Shown here piece after piece: positions 38,851-51,988 of a stretch of DNA of 64,000 nucleotides. The position numbers and the translations under genes were made by a program. Position 1 is the stretch's first letter. Each line of letters begins with the position of its first letter. The notes beneath the pieces are model-generated. The model saw only the letters and a program-made list of their open reading frames with translations. It searched no databases and was not told the origin of the DNA. Location of the stretch: assembly GCA_951406725.2 (NCBI GenBank), contig OX597817.1, positions 115,816,001 through 115,880,000 on the forward strand, read 5' to 3'. Source of the DNA: Octopus vulgaris (taxonomy: Eukaryota).

Positions 38851-39285
38851 TTTTTAATATAGTTTCACAAAAATATTTCTTCATAAAAACAAAACACATA
38901 AGAGGTAAAAAAACCCACTTAAAATATTTCATTTTCCATAAGCGAGAGGTTGCTGAAATTCAGAACATGTTGGTTCGAAAGGGTTTCTATTGAAACGAAT
39001 AAAACATTTCGCTTTATCGCTAAACATACATATACACAAGCACACACAAAAGAGTATGTGTGTGTATATAATGTATAATGCATACACATATACATGCAAA
39101 CATACTAATACAAAATTCATATATGTGCGATTTCTTCTAATATCTAAAAAATAACAGAAGTTTGCATGAAGTATCGTACGTTTGTTGTAAGAACTTTTAC
39201 AGTTATTTCTGCACATTGAACACTGTTAATTCTCAAACACTTTTCCTTCCTTTGCATGTGACTGTAATAGAATGTATACTTACAT
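38851..39285 (-). repeat. Left arm of ~430-bp inverted duplication
   Basis: Reverse complement of 41733-42142 with scattered substitutions and one ~20-bp indel. Confidence 0.92.
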
Positions 39286-39685
39286 CGGCTTACTTAACGG
39301 GGCTGACATGGTGTCTCTACTTAAATCCAAGCTGACGGTAAATAATTTTTAAAGTTTCATTTTTTTAAAACTTGGAAATAAAAAAACTTCAAGAGGCGAC
39401 AGGTTACTAAAAGTTTGGGATACGGTAAAAATGTTCCACGCTTCACTGTTTTAGTTCGACTTGAAAACATGTAACAGTTCTGCCAGCCCTTTGCATTTTG
39501 ACATAAAAATCCCGTAATGATATTGTTTGGTGATAAACATACACGACGACTGACTAAACACCACTTCCCACCGTATTTTGTACATTTAGCAGTACCCAAG
39601 CTCTAGAATGCATTTGGACTCAGTCTTCGAAATTAGTCCAACTCTGCCCAGAGACTTTGTAAAGCGCGATCGGCGCTGCATTTTC
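39284..39685 (-). other. Candidate exon (mostly 5' UTR, possible start MSAPLSKP)
   Basis: Acceptor ttgtttttattcag|G at 39686/39685, donor GAT|gtaagt at 39284/39283, upstream donor CCG|gtaagt at 40050/40049, accATG at 39309. Confidence 0.35.
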
Positions 39686-40509
39686 CTGAATAAAAACAAT
39701 GTATATTTTATGTACATTGCCGTGAGAATAAAAGGACTGAAATGAATTTAATTATTGAAAAAATCCTTTATAAAACCCAGACCGAAGTTACATCAAAATA
39801 TGGTTTTGATGACTAGTTGTTGGTCCGCAACCAGATGAATTCACCAGAGAAACGATCACAACAGAAAAGAATTGACACGAAATCAATGTGATCTTTAAAA
39901 GAAATTGTAGCGTATATATTTATCATTGGTAAATAGAAAAGTTTCAATATGACGAAACAACAACGCTCGAGCGCACGTCGAAGAACCAACGCTGCAGAAA
40001 CTGAAGGAATTAAAATAAGAAACTCAGCTTCCTCAAATATCATACTTACCGGAGAACTTGCCTACTGCACGCATTTTGAAAACTTGTTGAGAGAAATAAT
40101 CTTCGACGATTAAATAGTTTCAAAAGTACCTTTGAAAACTTCATCGTATACAGAACTTACGATCTCTACGATACCGGAATAAGTAAACTTGGGCATTGTT
40201 GGAAAGGATGTATAGATTATGTTTGGATTTTTTTCGATTTCTGTCATCAATCTTAAGTGCGGAAATATCAATAAAACTGGTTGAAAAACCTGATATTTCA
40301 TTTCTTTTGATTACGCTGTATTGTGTATTAAATACATCTTGTTTAATTAACAAGAAATTAGCAGAAATATACAAATTAAGCCAACCATTATACATCTTTA
40401 TTTTCCCATATCTAAAGTTTCAAGAGACTAAAGAGAATATGGTTAATTTGTTTTAATAACCTTTTAAGCCAAATGTTTCTTTCTCTCTCTCTCTCTCTCA
40501 ATATACATA

Positions 40510-41530
40510 TCTATATATATATATGTAACTCAACTTGTGTGTCTGTGTGTGTATCTGTGTGTGTGTCTGTGTGTTTAACGGCCCGGCACATCTCCTCCTA
40601 GCCAACAAATCGTAGAACCACCAAAAATGGGTCACTTAATGTTTAGGCGAATGAAAATTGAACTGCGCTATTTCTGTTCCGAAAATCATCTCGCAAGTGC
40701 AAAAATCGATAATGTGTTTGTTTAGGCCTTATCCTATGCATTGAATAGTGAACTTTACTCAGTCAGCTGTTTGACGCGTGCAAGCATGCATAAATTGCAT
40801 GAAAAATAAAAAAAATAAGATATAAAAACGAATCGCCGTAAACATTGTAGAAATTCGGAAAAGAAATGAATTTTCGGGATGTAGCCTGGAGGGTTTTTCG
40901 TATTAATCGTTTGGACTTTGTGAACACATACCAATTGTTTTCGTAACATTTTTAACGCTTTGAATTAAATGTGACCATTTTGCGTTGAATCTGCAGTTTG
41001 AATCACTTTAACCAAATTTTAGCAGGCCGGATTTTTGATCATCACGATACATCGCCAGCGACTCCCTGAAACTCTCCCCTGAAATCCCCGTTGAGAAATC
41101 TATATATATAAAACTCAATTTGTGCATCTGTGTGTGTGTGTCTGTGTGTTTAACTTTTGGATGTACCAAGTTTCATTATTAAGGATGGAAAGTAGTGTGT
41201 AGCAAATCTGTATATATAAAGCTGAAGTTGTCCGTGTGTGGCAGGTTTGGTAGCCTTCAACTAACACTATCTCCTTCGAGACTCTGCATCGCAAGTTGAC
41301 CAAAATTGAGAGTATGATAGAAGGCTTGCTCTTCATTCTGTAGAAGATTAAACTTCAAATCGGACCATGTTAAAACCAAAAATTATTTACACCAAAAAGG
41401 TGCTTTTTTTCTATGAAAGTCCCTATTTTTTACGATTTTTGACTGCTGTGTCACCATTTTTCGGTGTATTTCAACTAGAAAAATGTTCACTTGAAGAGAA
41501 TAACAAGTTGCATAATGCAAAAGTTTTACT

Positions 41531-41535
<5 letters not shown>
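40510..41535 (+). mobile_element. Three stacked Helitron-like 5' termini / non-autonomous fragments
   Basis: TCt[a/g]tatatata...ttgt..gtgtgt starts at 40510, 41099 and 41207. The first two share actcaa.ttgtg..tctgtgtgtg..tctgtgtgtttaac. The last is cut off by (TA)n at 41535. Confidence 0.6.
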
Positions 41536-41626
<91 letters not shown>

Positions 41627-41629
<3 letters not shown>

Positions 41630-41732
41630 TGCTGAAGTGGCTGTGTGGTAAGAAATATGCTTATGATTCCGGATTCGCTCCTACTGCCGTTCAAAGCCTT
41701 GTGTGTGGATTTAGTAGATGGAAACTGAGAGA
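41627..41732 (+). mobile_element. Internally deleted SINE (family of 1090-1473)
   Basis: aggtgctgaagtggctgtgtggtaaga...gtgtggatttagtagatggaaactga. Confidence 0.7.
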
Positions 41733-42142
41733 ATGTAAGTATATATTCTGTTAAAGTCACATAAACAGGCAGGAAAAGTGTTTCAGAATTAACAGTGTTC
41801 AGTGTGCAGAAATAGCTGTAAAAGTTCTTACAACAAACTTCTGTTATTTTTTAGATATTAGAAGAAATCGCACATATATGAATTTTGTATTAGTATGTTT
41901 GCAAGTATATGTGTATACATTATACATTATATACGCACATATACTCGTTTGCGTGTGCTTGTGTATATGTATGTGTAGCGATACAGCGAAATATTTTATT
42001 CGTTTCAACAGAAACCCTTTCGAACCAACATATTCTGAATTTCAGCAACCTCTCGCTTATGGAGAATGAAATATTTAAAGTGTTTTTTTTCTTTTTTTTT
42101 TTACATTTGATGAAGAAATATTTTGGGAAATAATATCAAAAA
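41733..42142 (+). repeat. Right arm of ~430-bp inverted duplication
   Basis: Begins ATgtaagt; reverse complement of 38851-39285. Confidence 0.92.
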
Positions 42143-42309
42143 TATGTATACAATATGTACAAAATATGTATACATATTGTATACAATATAATATACAATA
42201 TGTATATTGTATATTATTATATATATATTGCATATTATTATATTAATAATATATTGCATATTATTATGTATTATGTATATAGTATAATATACAATATGTA
42301 TAAAATGAA

Positions 42310-43775
42310 CATCAAGCTTATTTGCTTAGAATGTTACACCCAAACCGGCGCATAATTGGAGAATACTTTCAAATTAAAAGCCCCAGAAATGTGAATGCAA
42401 ACGGAATAAAACAAGTTTCTTATAAATCGGACAACTGATTATTAAGATATGGGGTGGGGTATAAATACCTAAAACGCCGCATAATGGGAAAATACTCCGG
42501 AAATGTCTTAACCCTGAAAAGGAAAAAGCTCTAAACTTTCGGTTATGCACAGTATGATTGGCAAACGTCCTAGTGACTTAAATTTGCCAACGAAAAAATA
42601 GAAGCTGTTTTTACAGTTAATGTTTCTATTTAAGCTTTTGTTAAACACAATATTTTGATAATTTACAAATATTTTTAAGTGAATGTGATTTCAAAAGTGT
42701 AAGTTGTTTGTACAGCAATTATTTATATTTTAGTTTTCTTTGAACAGACAATATTTTAATTGATAATTAGTTCCAAGTGTATACCATTACAAAAAATTTG
42801 CTTTGGTAAATTAAAAAAATTTTTTTTATGAAAATGACTTCAAAAATACGATAAATATTTCGTAACTGTGGTGTGAAATAATTTTTATCCATAGGTTTTC
42901 TCAAGTGCTTTCAACGTATCTCACCTCCAAAGAATTAGCTGTTATTTCTAGCGTGCCTTGCTACCACGTTACAGCTACTTGCGATAAAGGACCCGAAATA
43001 GCTGCTGCGTAGTAGCAGGGCGTGCTAGAAATAGCAGCCAAATCTTTCCTTTTCTGGGGAAAAGTATAGTTTACGCGTGATTTCGATGTCACATTCGTCG
43101 AAAACATGGGAAATAACATGGAAAAGAAAAAGAGAGCCCACGAAACAAAACTCGGTTGATGAGAAACTCCAAAGTCCTCACAACTCATTCCCTCTTTATG
43201 TTTCCAGACGAAAGTGACTTGTGGAGGTTTTGAAGGTGAAATATGTTGAATGCACTCGAAAACACCCGTGAAAATATATTATTTCACACCGAATTACGAA
43301 CGGGTCCGTGACGAAATATTTACACAAGATCAGGACAGGCATGCGATTAGAAGGATCGATGAGACTGATAAAGGAAGGGCTGAGTGTCTGGTAGAACAGA
43401 GAGAAAGAGACAGAAGCAAAAGAGATCAGGAATCGGATGCTCGAAGAGCCGAGCGTCTTGCGAAACAGAGGGAAAGAGACGAAAGCAGAGGTCGTCATGA
43501 ATCGCATGGTCAAGTGAATACAAACAGAATAAAACAAGTTTCGCATAAATCGGACCACGGGTTACCGAGATGCGCGGTTTTTCTGGTACCTTTATAAATG
43601 GCCATACCGACGTATAATTGAGGAAATGCTTTGAAAGATAAGGTACCATTGAAATGTAAATACACACGGAGTAACAGAAGTTTCTCGTAAATGAGACCAC
43701 AGATTTCCAAGGCACGATTTTCTTTTCAGGTACCTTGAACTATTAGTGAACCACCGGGTCACGGGCAGTCTTATA
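42310..43775 (+). mobile_element. Probable Helitron-derived element with internal diverged repeats
   Basis: Charged low-complexity ORF (EQRERDRSKRDQESDARRAERLAKQRERD) like Helitron RepHel N-termini. A unit aatgt.aat.ca.ac.ga.taa....gtttc..taaat..gac occurs at ~42388, ~43512 and ~43652. GC-rich ccgggtcacggg near the 3' end. Confidence 0.5.
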
Positions 43776-44233
43776 TAATATATATATATATAGAGAGAGA
43801 GAGAGAAAGAGAGAGAGAGAGTGAGAGAGAGAGAGAGAAAGAGAGAGGGGGCCAGATATATACAGATATATACAGAAGAGCCTACTCCTGTATATATCTG
43901 GCTTCCGTTACTGTGAGACTACCCCCTTTTATGCCCATGGCAATTTGCCAATCTTCTCACGACGGTGTTCTTAAAATACATAACGCAAGTAAGATCGAGT
44001 ATAAGCAATTGAAGAGTATGATGCTTTCGTGTACCCGAATTCTGATAAAAAATAGCTTATGAACAAAATAATCTATCGATTTTAAAATAATATTTTGTAT
44101 GAAGTTTTTTAAGTTTATTTAATCTACTTCTATCAATTTCTTTCACACTATATGTAGATATTCAATGCGCTTAATACTCTATGTAAGCAGGTGCAGGGCT
44201 GCGTTTTGTAAGCTTCATATATCAAATTATATT

Positions 44234-44270
<37 letters not shown>

Positions 44271-44279
44271 GTGTTTGTG

Positions 44280-44310
<31 letters not shown>

Positions 44311-44540
44311 GTGTTTGTGTGTGTGTGTAATTGGGAGAATGTGACATCGACTATGTTGGACATATTTCGTATTGATAACTAATTAAAGTATACGTTTTCA
44401 TAATGAACTCCGAAATTTAATTACAGTCAATCAGGAATATTGAAGCTCAACGAAAATCGATTTAATAATTGCAGATTTTTCGATTGACTACTCACACAGA
44501 CACGAAACAAACATTTGAATGTATTTACGTACCTCTCTCT

Positions 44541-44605
<65 letters not shown>

Positions 44606-46898
44606 CACATGTATGAGTGCGTGTGTGTATATACAAACACACACACACACACGCATACACACACCGAGAAATAATTACGTACGTAACTCCATATATCCGT
44701 AGTAATGAATACTTACGTATATATTTCTAATAAAGCAATGTATATCAATGTGTCGTTGATTAAATATGTGTGTAGATGCACACTTGCAACAAGCTGGTAC
44801 GATTACTTCAGCTTCAGTGAAATTTCATGATGTCTTCGATTAGTTATCAAAGCACTAAATGCTTATTCTGAATATTAAAATGACAAATATATTTTATTTT
44901 CATTCACAAATATTGAACGGCAAAATGTTTTATAACATCCACAAGCATAATTATTTCATTATTTATGAATTATAACAGCGCAATTTATAATGAAATATAT
45001 AGTAAAGGAAGCAGTTTGACATGCAACAGTATTCGAGTGTCAGTATGCTGTTTAAGCAACTTACAAGTATTCACCTATATGTTTTTGTGCATTGTCCCCA
45101 ATATTATTAGACGATCTTTGTCCCAAAATACTCTCCAGTTTCATTGTTCCTAACTGTCACTTATGTATAGATACATTAGATAACACAGCCAGAAGTTATT
45201 CCTTTACTGTCAACTTGTTAAAGTGGATACATCCTCTTACAAAATAATTTCTTTTTGATAGTCAAAATTTAGAAAACGCTCTCTTTGAAACTCTATTAAA
45301 TAAATTTCTTGACTTTTGCAGACAAGTGTTGTATGAAATATCTCCATTCTATGAATTAAAATTACATTAAAATTACAGTAATCTATATTTACACACGTTT
45401 TCTTTTCATGATATTGAATAAATACTTACGACCTCAAATCAGAGCATCTAATTTAGAAAATAAATTAGCTTCGAAACGCAGAACAGTAGCCACCAAACCT
45501 ACAATGAATCTATGCAACTGGATTTGAATTCACAATGAGTCATATATAAAATCTATAATATTTTAGATGTACAGGAATATCTGTGGAATTCCTCAATGAA
45601 ACCGCTGCGTATTTTAATGGTAATTAATTCATCATGTTTTTAATTCAAAGTATTTTAAATCTGTGAGATCACGCCGTTACGTAAAAATATTGAAAGTAAC
45701 AGTCGGTACTAACTTTTCATTCGACAGGACACTTATTAGAATCAAAATGCTACAGACCACCTTGAAATTCATATATAAACAATTCAATGACATTTACTAA
45801 GACCATGGTTATGTTTTTCATCTCACATTGCCGAAACAATGCATCTTAGCGACCGTAAGAGCTTATGATTATGATAAATTGGTCCTGACATATAACCTCC
45901 TGAAAACTGAGATCATCTATTAATAGCTAATTTCATAATACATAATTCATCACTTTTACACTATCTAACTACAATCTCCCCATTTTTATACGCAAGCAGA
46001 ATAATTTGTAGTTCATGTCGAGACACTTTCATATGGTGATCGGTACAGCAACAAATACATTTGTATCTTTTGCAGCCATTGTTTCTCAAAATAAGGAAAA
46101 CTTTCTCAAAGCAATTTAAAACGCCACTATCCTGTATTATTTTTAGAAAGCGTCTCTTGAAAAACATTATTTAATGTGATTTTTTTAAAATGTAGAAAGG
46201 TACCTGTGTTGAATTTGGACATTCACGTTCCTTCCAAGAAAGGTACTCTAGTAAACTTAATGAACTAAACTTATGGGGTATTCGTTTTTAGCTAAGTCCA
46301 AAGTACAAATCTGGCTGTCAGATATGACATAGTAGACAACCATTTCTCTTATACACTTAATAATATTATTTAGCAAATGCTCATAAAAATAGTAATTGCC
46401 TATGGATTCAGCAACAGTGATTCAAGACTGGATGACTTGCGGGCTTCATTCTTATAAAATGTCTACAATACGCTTCATCAGTTATTTAGATGTTTAACAA
46501 ATATAGCAATAGCTACAGGAGCGAATTTGACCATGTGAAGCTTATAACTTGTATTACTTAAAAACACTTCTGCAGAGTGAGCAGGTAACGGTATATGACT
46601 TAGAAAATTAATTACTCTTTAATATGATCCAACGCGCTTTCTGTATTAGTAAGAGGGTACCTGCTAAAATTTGAAAGAGCTAGAAACAAGTGCATAGAAA
46701 TTCATTATCCGAATAAACTACTCATCATTTGTGTAATAGTTAATAAAATAGTTAATAAAATCAATCACGGTAAATATGTCAATATCGAACATATTCAACA
46801 CAAGCAAAAGTGTGCATGTATATACATACAGACAGACATACATACAAACATACATACATGCATTCATGGTTACTTCTACATACAAATGCGAGAGCATC

Positions 46899-46964
<66 letters not shown>

Positions 46965-46977
46965 CGCACTCAGATAT

Positions 46978-47135
46978 TACTCCCTTCAGTCACTAGACAG
47001 TGGTTATTCTGGAGCCCAGTACATTTTTTAATGCCTGATATTAAATTTATAGATCATTTCTAGGTTACACGGGCTTAAACATGTCAACATCAGTTGACAC
47101 GCGGTGGCGGGGGACGATAAACACAGACGGAAATA
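46978..47135 (-). mobile_element. Diverged SINE 3' fragment
   Basis: ttcagtcactagacagtggttattctggagc; ctaggttacacgggcttaaaca resembles 1110-1290. Confidence 0.55.
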
Positions 47136-47191
47136 CATACATACACAGATACTAAACACATACACACACACACACCTATATATATATATAT

Positions 47192-48322
47192 TAATAAAAA
47201 TAATGACAACAAAAGAATGAATGAGACCTCTATATTATGTAAAATAGAGCAATTCGTCTATAAATATAATATGTGACTAATAGTTGATTGTCATAATAAA
47301 ACTCAGAGTGTCGGATATTGGCATCTCATCAGATATTCGCTATGAAAAACCGTTAAATAAATGGAAATTACTCCAATAGGCATGCTGAAAGTAGAATCCG
47401 CATATGCACACATATGCACACACATACATGTATGCACACGCATGTATGTATATATATATATATATTTGTACATACTCACACACGCGTGTCCATATACTTA
47501 CAAACACACATATATACATATATATATGTCTACGCATACACGCACATACACACGCAAATATACTCATGCACGCATCACTATGCTCATATACACATCTCTA
47601 TACGCCCATACACATCCGCGGATATACAAAATGTAGTCTATACACACATGCACATATGTACGCGGATAGACGTATATACAAATATAAACACATACGCAAA
47701 AAAAACATGAGCCGTAAAACATGCACCTTCGCTCTAAAACTTGAATATACAAAAGAGTTATATATGCATATACACAGATACAACCCCCTGTCTGACAAAC
47801 ACATCTACACCTGCAGACACATAAACGTATATACATACATATATGCGTGCATGAAGGAAGGAGACAAGTATAACAGGTAAAGTCTTGCTCTTGTATATAT
47901 ACAATCATTCATACACAATGTACATATGTACGCACATATACATTAGGTATATACTACACGAGTATAAGTCACACAAGTATAAAGTGTGAAAAATAATAAT
48001 CAGAAAAGATATATAAAGTAATAATATATATATAAATGTATAAGAGATATTAAGGCATGTGAAATGCGTATACGTAGACATAATATAAAAAGCATGTTCT
48101 ATTTGTGATCTTGACGGGGTCCAGAAACGTAGCAAATGTTTTGCCAGATGTGGACATGACTCAAAAAGTTCATTTCTTGAATTCAGATATGTATCGTGGT
48201 CTAAAGAACTTTTCCAGATAAGCCATCTTTCCATATCACAAACACCGCATTTTCACTGCCGTTGGTGTAAGGCTTACACTAATACCTGTACTCAAATGGT
48301 GTTGGGGAATAAAGACAGACGT
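47192..48322 (-). mobile_element. Second Penelope-like element 3' fragment ending at (TA)n
   Basis: Frameshifted CKPYTNGS..CGVCDMERWLIWKSSLDHDTYLNSRNELFESCPHLAKHLL matches the PY....C..C..E...I....LN.R.EL...C.H..K.LL GIY-YIG tail. Long microsatellite-rich 3' UTR with a decayed HHR (CUGAUGA, minus strand ~47326-47332). Confidence 0.75.
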
Positions 48323-48391
48323 AAAGATGCAGACACACACATACAGTAACACACACACAAACATACACTCACTCACACACACACACACACA

Positions 48392-48464
<73 letters not shown>

Positions 48465-48466
<2 letters not shown>

Positions 48467-48700
48467 ACCGGTTGATAGCTCTTCGAAGAAGACCATTTTA
48501 GGGAGACAATTAACAGGTGTTCTGATATCATGACTGACCCATCTTAGAAGAAGGCTTTGGATAATGGCTTCAACGCCGGAGATTCTTGATTGCTGGAGAA
48601 TTTCTGTAGTGCGTAAATTCCTTAGAGGCAAAGGATGGGACATACTTGTATCTTCCTGACATGATGATGCTAAGTGAATATTTTGTCGTCTAAACTACGC
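48465..48700 (-). mobile_element. RTE-clade LINE C-terminal fragment
   Basis: TTEILQQSRISGVEAIIQSLLLRWVSHDIRTPVNCLPKMVFFEELSTG (LRW.GH..RM...LPK..F..EL..G), truncated at (TA)n. Confidence 0.8.
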
Positions 48701-49084
48701 AAACATGTAAATAATACTGATACATTATTTTAACTGTTGTATTTACCAAAGTTACATAAAATATCTTCAAATACTAAAGACTAAATCTATTCAATAAAAT
48801 TGCCACTGGCTTCAACCACAGCCTTCAAACGACTACGAAATCTCCTGCACCTCTTCTAGACAGTCTCGTTGTTTAAGTTGGTCAATGCTGTAATAATCCT
48901 TGCCTTCAGTTCATTTTTTAAATTGCATATATATATATACAATTTAAAAATAGGATATAGGTACATATACCTATTAGATAATTTTGTGTATATATATATA
49001 TATACACACCTACCTATAGGCGTATGTGTAATATAGGTTGCATGAAGAATATTTCCTTGCTATTTTAAGTAGTTGATGCGAACC

Positions 49085-49540
49085 ATCTACAAGCCAGGCG
49101 TGATTTCAGAGATCTCTTGTTGTTGATGGTAGTAATGGTGTATCAGTATTTCATAAAGGTGCCCGTGGTGCAAAGGCTGAAGGAACTCAGAAACAAGTAT
49201 CACTTATGGCCAAGTGGCACCGGCATGACAAACGCGTTATGCTTTAGTGAGGCGTGGGAAATGGCGGGGTACGGGGTCAGAAGCGATACTGAATTTGAAG
49301 AAGTTGTTGAAGAGGATTACGGGTAATAGGTAGGAAAGTCTCGGTATTGTAAAATGATAAGAGGTTTGAAACCTCGTTCTGTTTATTCTAAAGGGAACAT
49401 TGTTTTCGGGAGATGGCGGTCGACGGGCACCGTTCTATTCCCTTATTCATATTTTTATATTCTTTTCATCTCATTAATGTAATTGTCCAGCCCGCGGTCA
49501 CTCTATGTCATACCTCTGTGGCAAAGTGTATGAAATAAAG
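49085..49540 (+). mobile_element. Possible L1/Tx1-like 3' end fragment
   Basis: G-rich coding-like block followed by a T-rich UTR and aataaa at 49534. No diagnostic motif. Confidence 0.35.
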
Positions 49541-49689
49541 TAGCTTGTTTTTCAGTCACATAATTCCGGGTTCAGTCTCACTGTGTGGCACATTGGGCAA
49601 TTGTTTTCTACTATAGCCTCGAGCCGACCAAAGCTTGGTGAGTGTATTTGGTAAAGGGAAACAGAAAGAACCCGTCGTATATATATATG

Positions 49690-49735
<46 letters not shown>

Positions 49736-49962
49736 TGCATGTGTGTGTGTATGTGTGTATGTGTTTGTGTATCTAATTTTCCCCCCTACACCGTTTGACA
49801 ACAGAGGTTGGTGTATTTACGTCTCTGTAACATACCGGTTCAGCCAAAGAGACTAATAGAATAAGTACTAGACTTACAAAGAATACTCCCGGGGTCAATT
49901 TGTTCAACAAAAGGTGGTGCTCCAGCATGGCAGGAGTCAAATGACTGAAACAAATAAAAGGA
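49540..49962 (+). mobile_element. tRNA-derived SINE (family of 1090-1473)
   Basis: ccgggttcagtctcactgtgtggcacattgggcaa...gctccagcatggcaggagtcaaatgactgaaacaaataaaag. Confidence 0.85.
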
Positions 49963-50045
49963 AAAATTATATATATATATATATATCAGTATATATAAGT
50001 GCATGTGTCTCTGTATATATATATATACGTGATAGTTTGCATTGT

Positions 50046-50110
<65 letters not shown>

Positions 50111-50161
50111 TCGGGGTTAACCACAGTAAGTAAGGTACTCAATAGAAGCTCCTTCTATATA

Positions 50162-50221
<60 letters not shown>

Positions 50222-50852
50222 GTCTTTTGCTAGTGCTACTGTTGTGGTTTGTCATTGTTGATGATGATGTTGAAACAAGACTTGAATTATATTACCATTC
50301 TTAGAAATACGAAAGTAAATCCTTCTTGCACAGCACGATAGGTATCATGGCTAAAATATAAGTTAGGAAAAGTAATATTTGAATGACTTTGATCATTGTT
50401 GAGTATAGCAAAAACAGAAATTTATATCACGATTATCGATCATCGTTGAAAATCTCTGGAGACATAACAGCATAATTAGATGTACATGCCAATAGACTTA
50501 CTGGAGCCATTTATGCAATGAAGAAATAAAATTTGAAATTTAACAACAGCATCGGTGATTTTTTTTGCCAGCTCATTTCTACTGGTGTGTTACTTTACAT
50601 AAAACAGAAAAGAAAAATTGGATGAGACTTATGTTTAAAATACGAAGAAATATTAAATCAATGTCAGCAAATAAAATAAGAGGAAAATCAAGTTAAAACT
50701 CATACGGAACATGAAATAAACATGGTGTTCTAGCTGCGTGTATAAAAGAATAAATAACAATTACATTCAATAAAATACATATACCTGCATACATATGTAT
50801 AAACATATAAATACATAAGCATATACATATAAATAACTGTAAGTATATATGG

Positions 50853-50890
<38 letters not shown>

Positions 50891-51256
50891 ATATCTATAT
50901 CCATATCTATATACCTTTTAACACCATTTTATACCATCAATCTCATCTATTTGGATTGCCGCTACACATTCACTATCCGTATATTTTAATATCGTCATTG
51001 ATTTTGATACAGACATACAACCTCGCAAGTACATTTATGTATTTATATATTTTAAATTTTTTTTATGTTATATCTTGTGTATATGAATGCACCTATGTAT
51101 GCTGTGGAGTAATCCGATGCTTTGAAATATATTGAGTGGATATGAACATTGACCTTTGAAATTTGTTCTCTCTTTCTTGGTTTTATATACCTGAGGCTGT
51201 ATTACAACGCTATTTTTTGTGCTGTATAAGGGGATAATTATCCCCTTTATTACTTC

Positions 51257-51287
<31 letters not shown>

Positions 51288-51295
<8 letters not shown>

Positions 51296-51988
51296 GAGTG
51301 ACCACTATGTGGTTCACTCTAGTGCTAAAAATAGTAGCTATACCATTAGCGGAGCTATTTTTAGCACTAGAGTAAACCACATAGTGGTCACTCTCTAATA
51401 TTTATGTATAAATTTGTATTTTTCCCTTGCTTTTTATGTGCTATGCCACTTGGTGTTAAATTGATGGTATTATTAAATTAATATCACATTTTTCACCCTC
51501 ATTTATAAATGTAATTATACTGCAGTAAATATTTTATGCAGTACTCGTTTCCAGTAAGTCTTATCGCTCTTTTGGCGGGGAAATTTGAATCATAACTACG
51601 GATACAATTGATTAAACCGCACGTGTATTTGACGCTCGCTGCGACTTAATAAATTGTATTTAAGACAAACCCCTGCTGAAGATTTATGGATGTTGTGTAA
51701 GTAAAATTGCATGGTACATTAATAATGAAACAATTGTTCAGGGTTAATCTATTTTTTCGTTGTGTTTCACTTACTTTACGTTAAATGTAGTGGTATTTCT
51801 TCTTGGACACAACTTTTAGTGGCTATACCATTAGCGGAGCGATTTTTAGCACTAGAGTGAACCACACAGTGGTCACTCACTAATATTTATGTATACATTT
51901 GTATTTTTCCCTTGGTTTTTATGTGCTAAGCCACTTGGTGTTAAATTGATGGTATTATCAAATTAATATCAAATTTTTCACCCTCATT

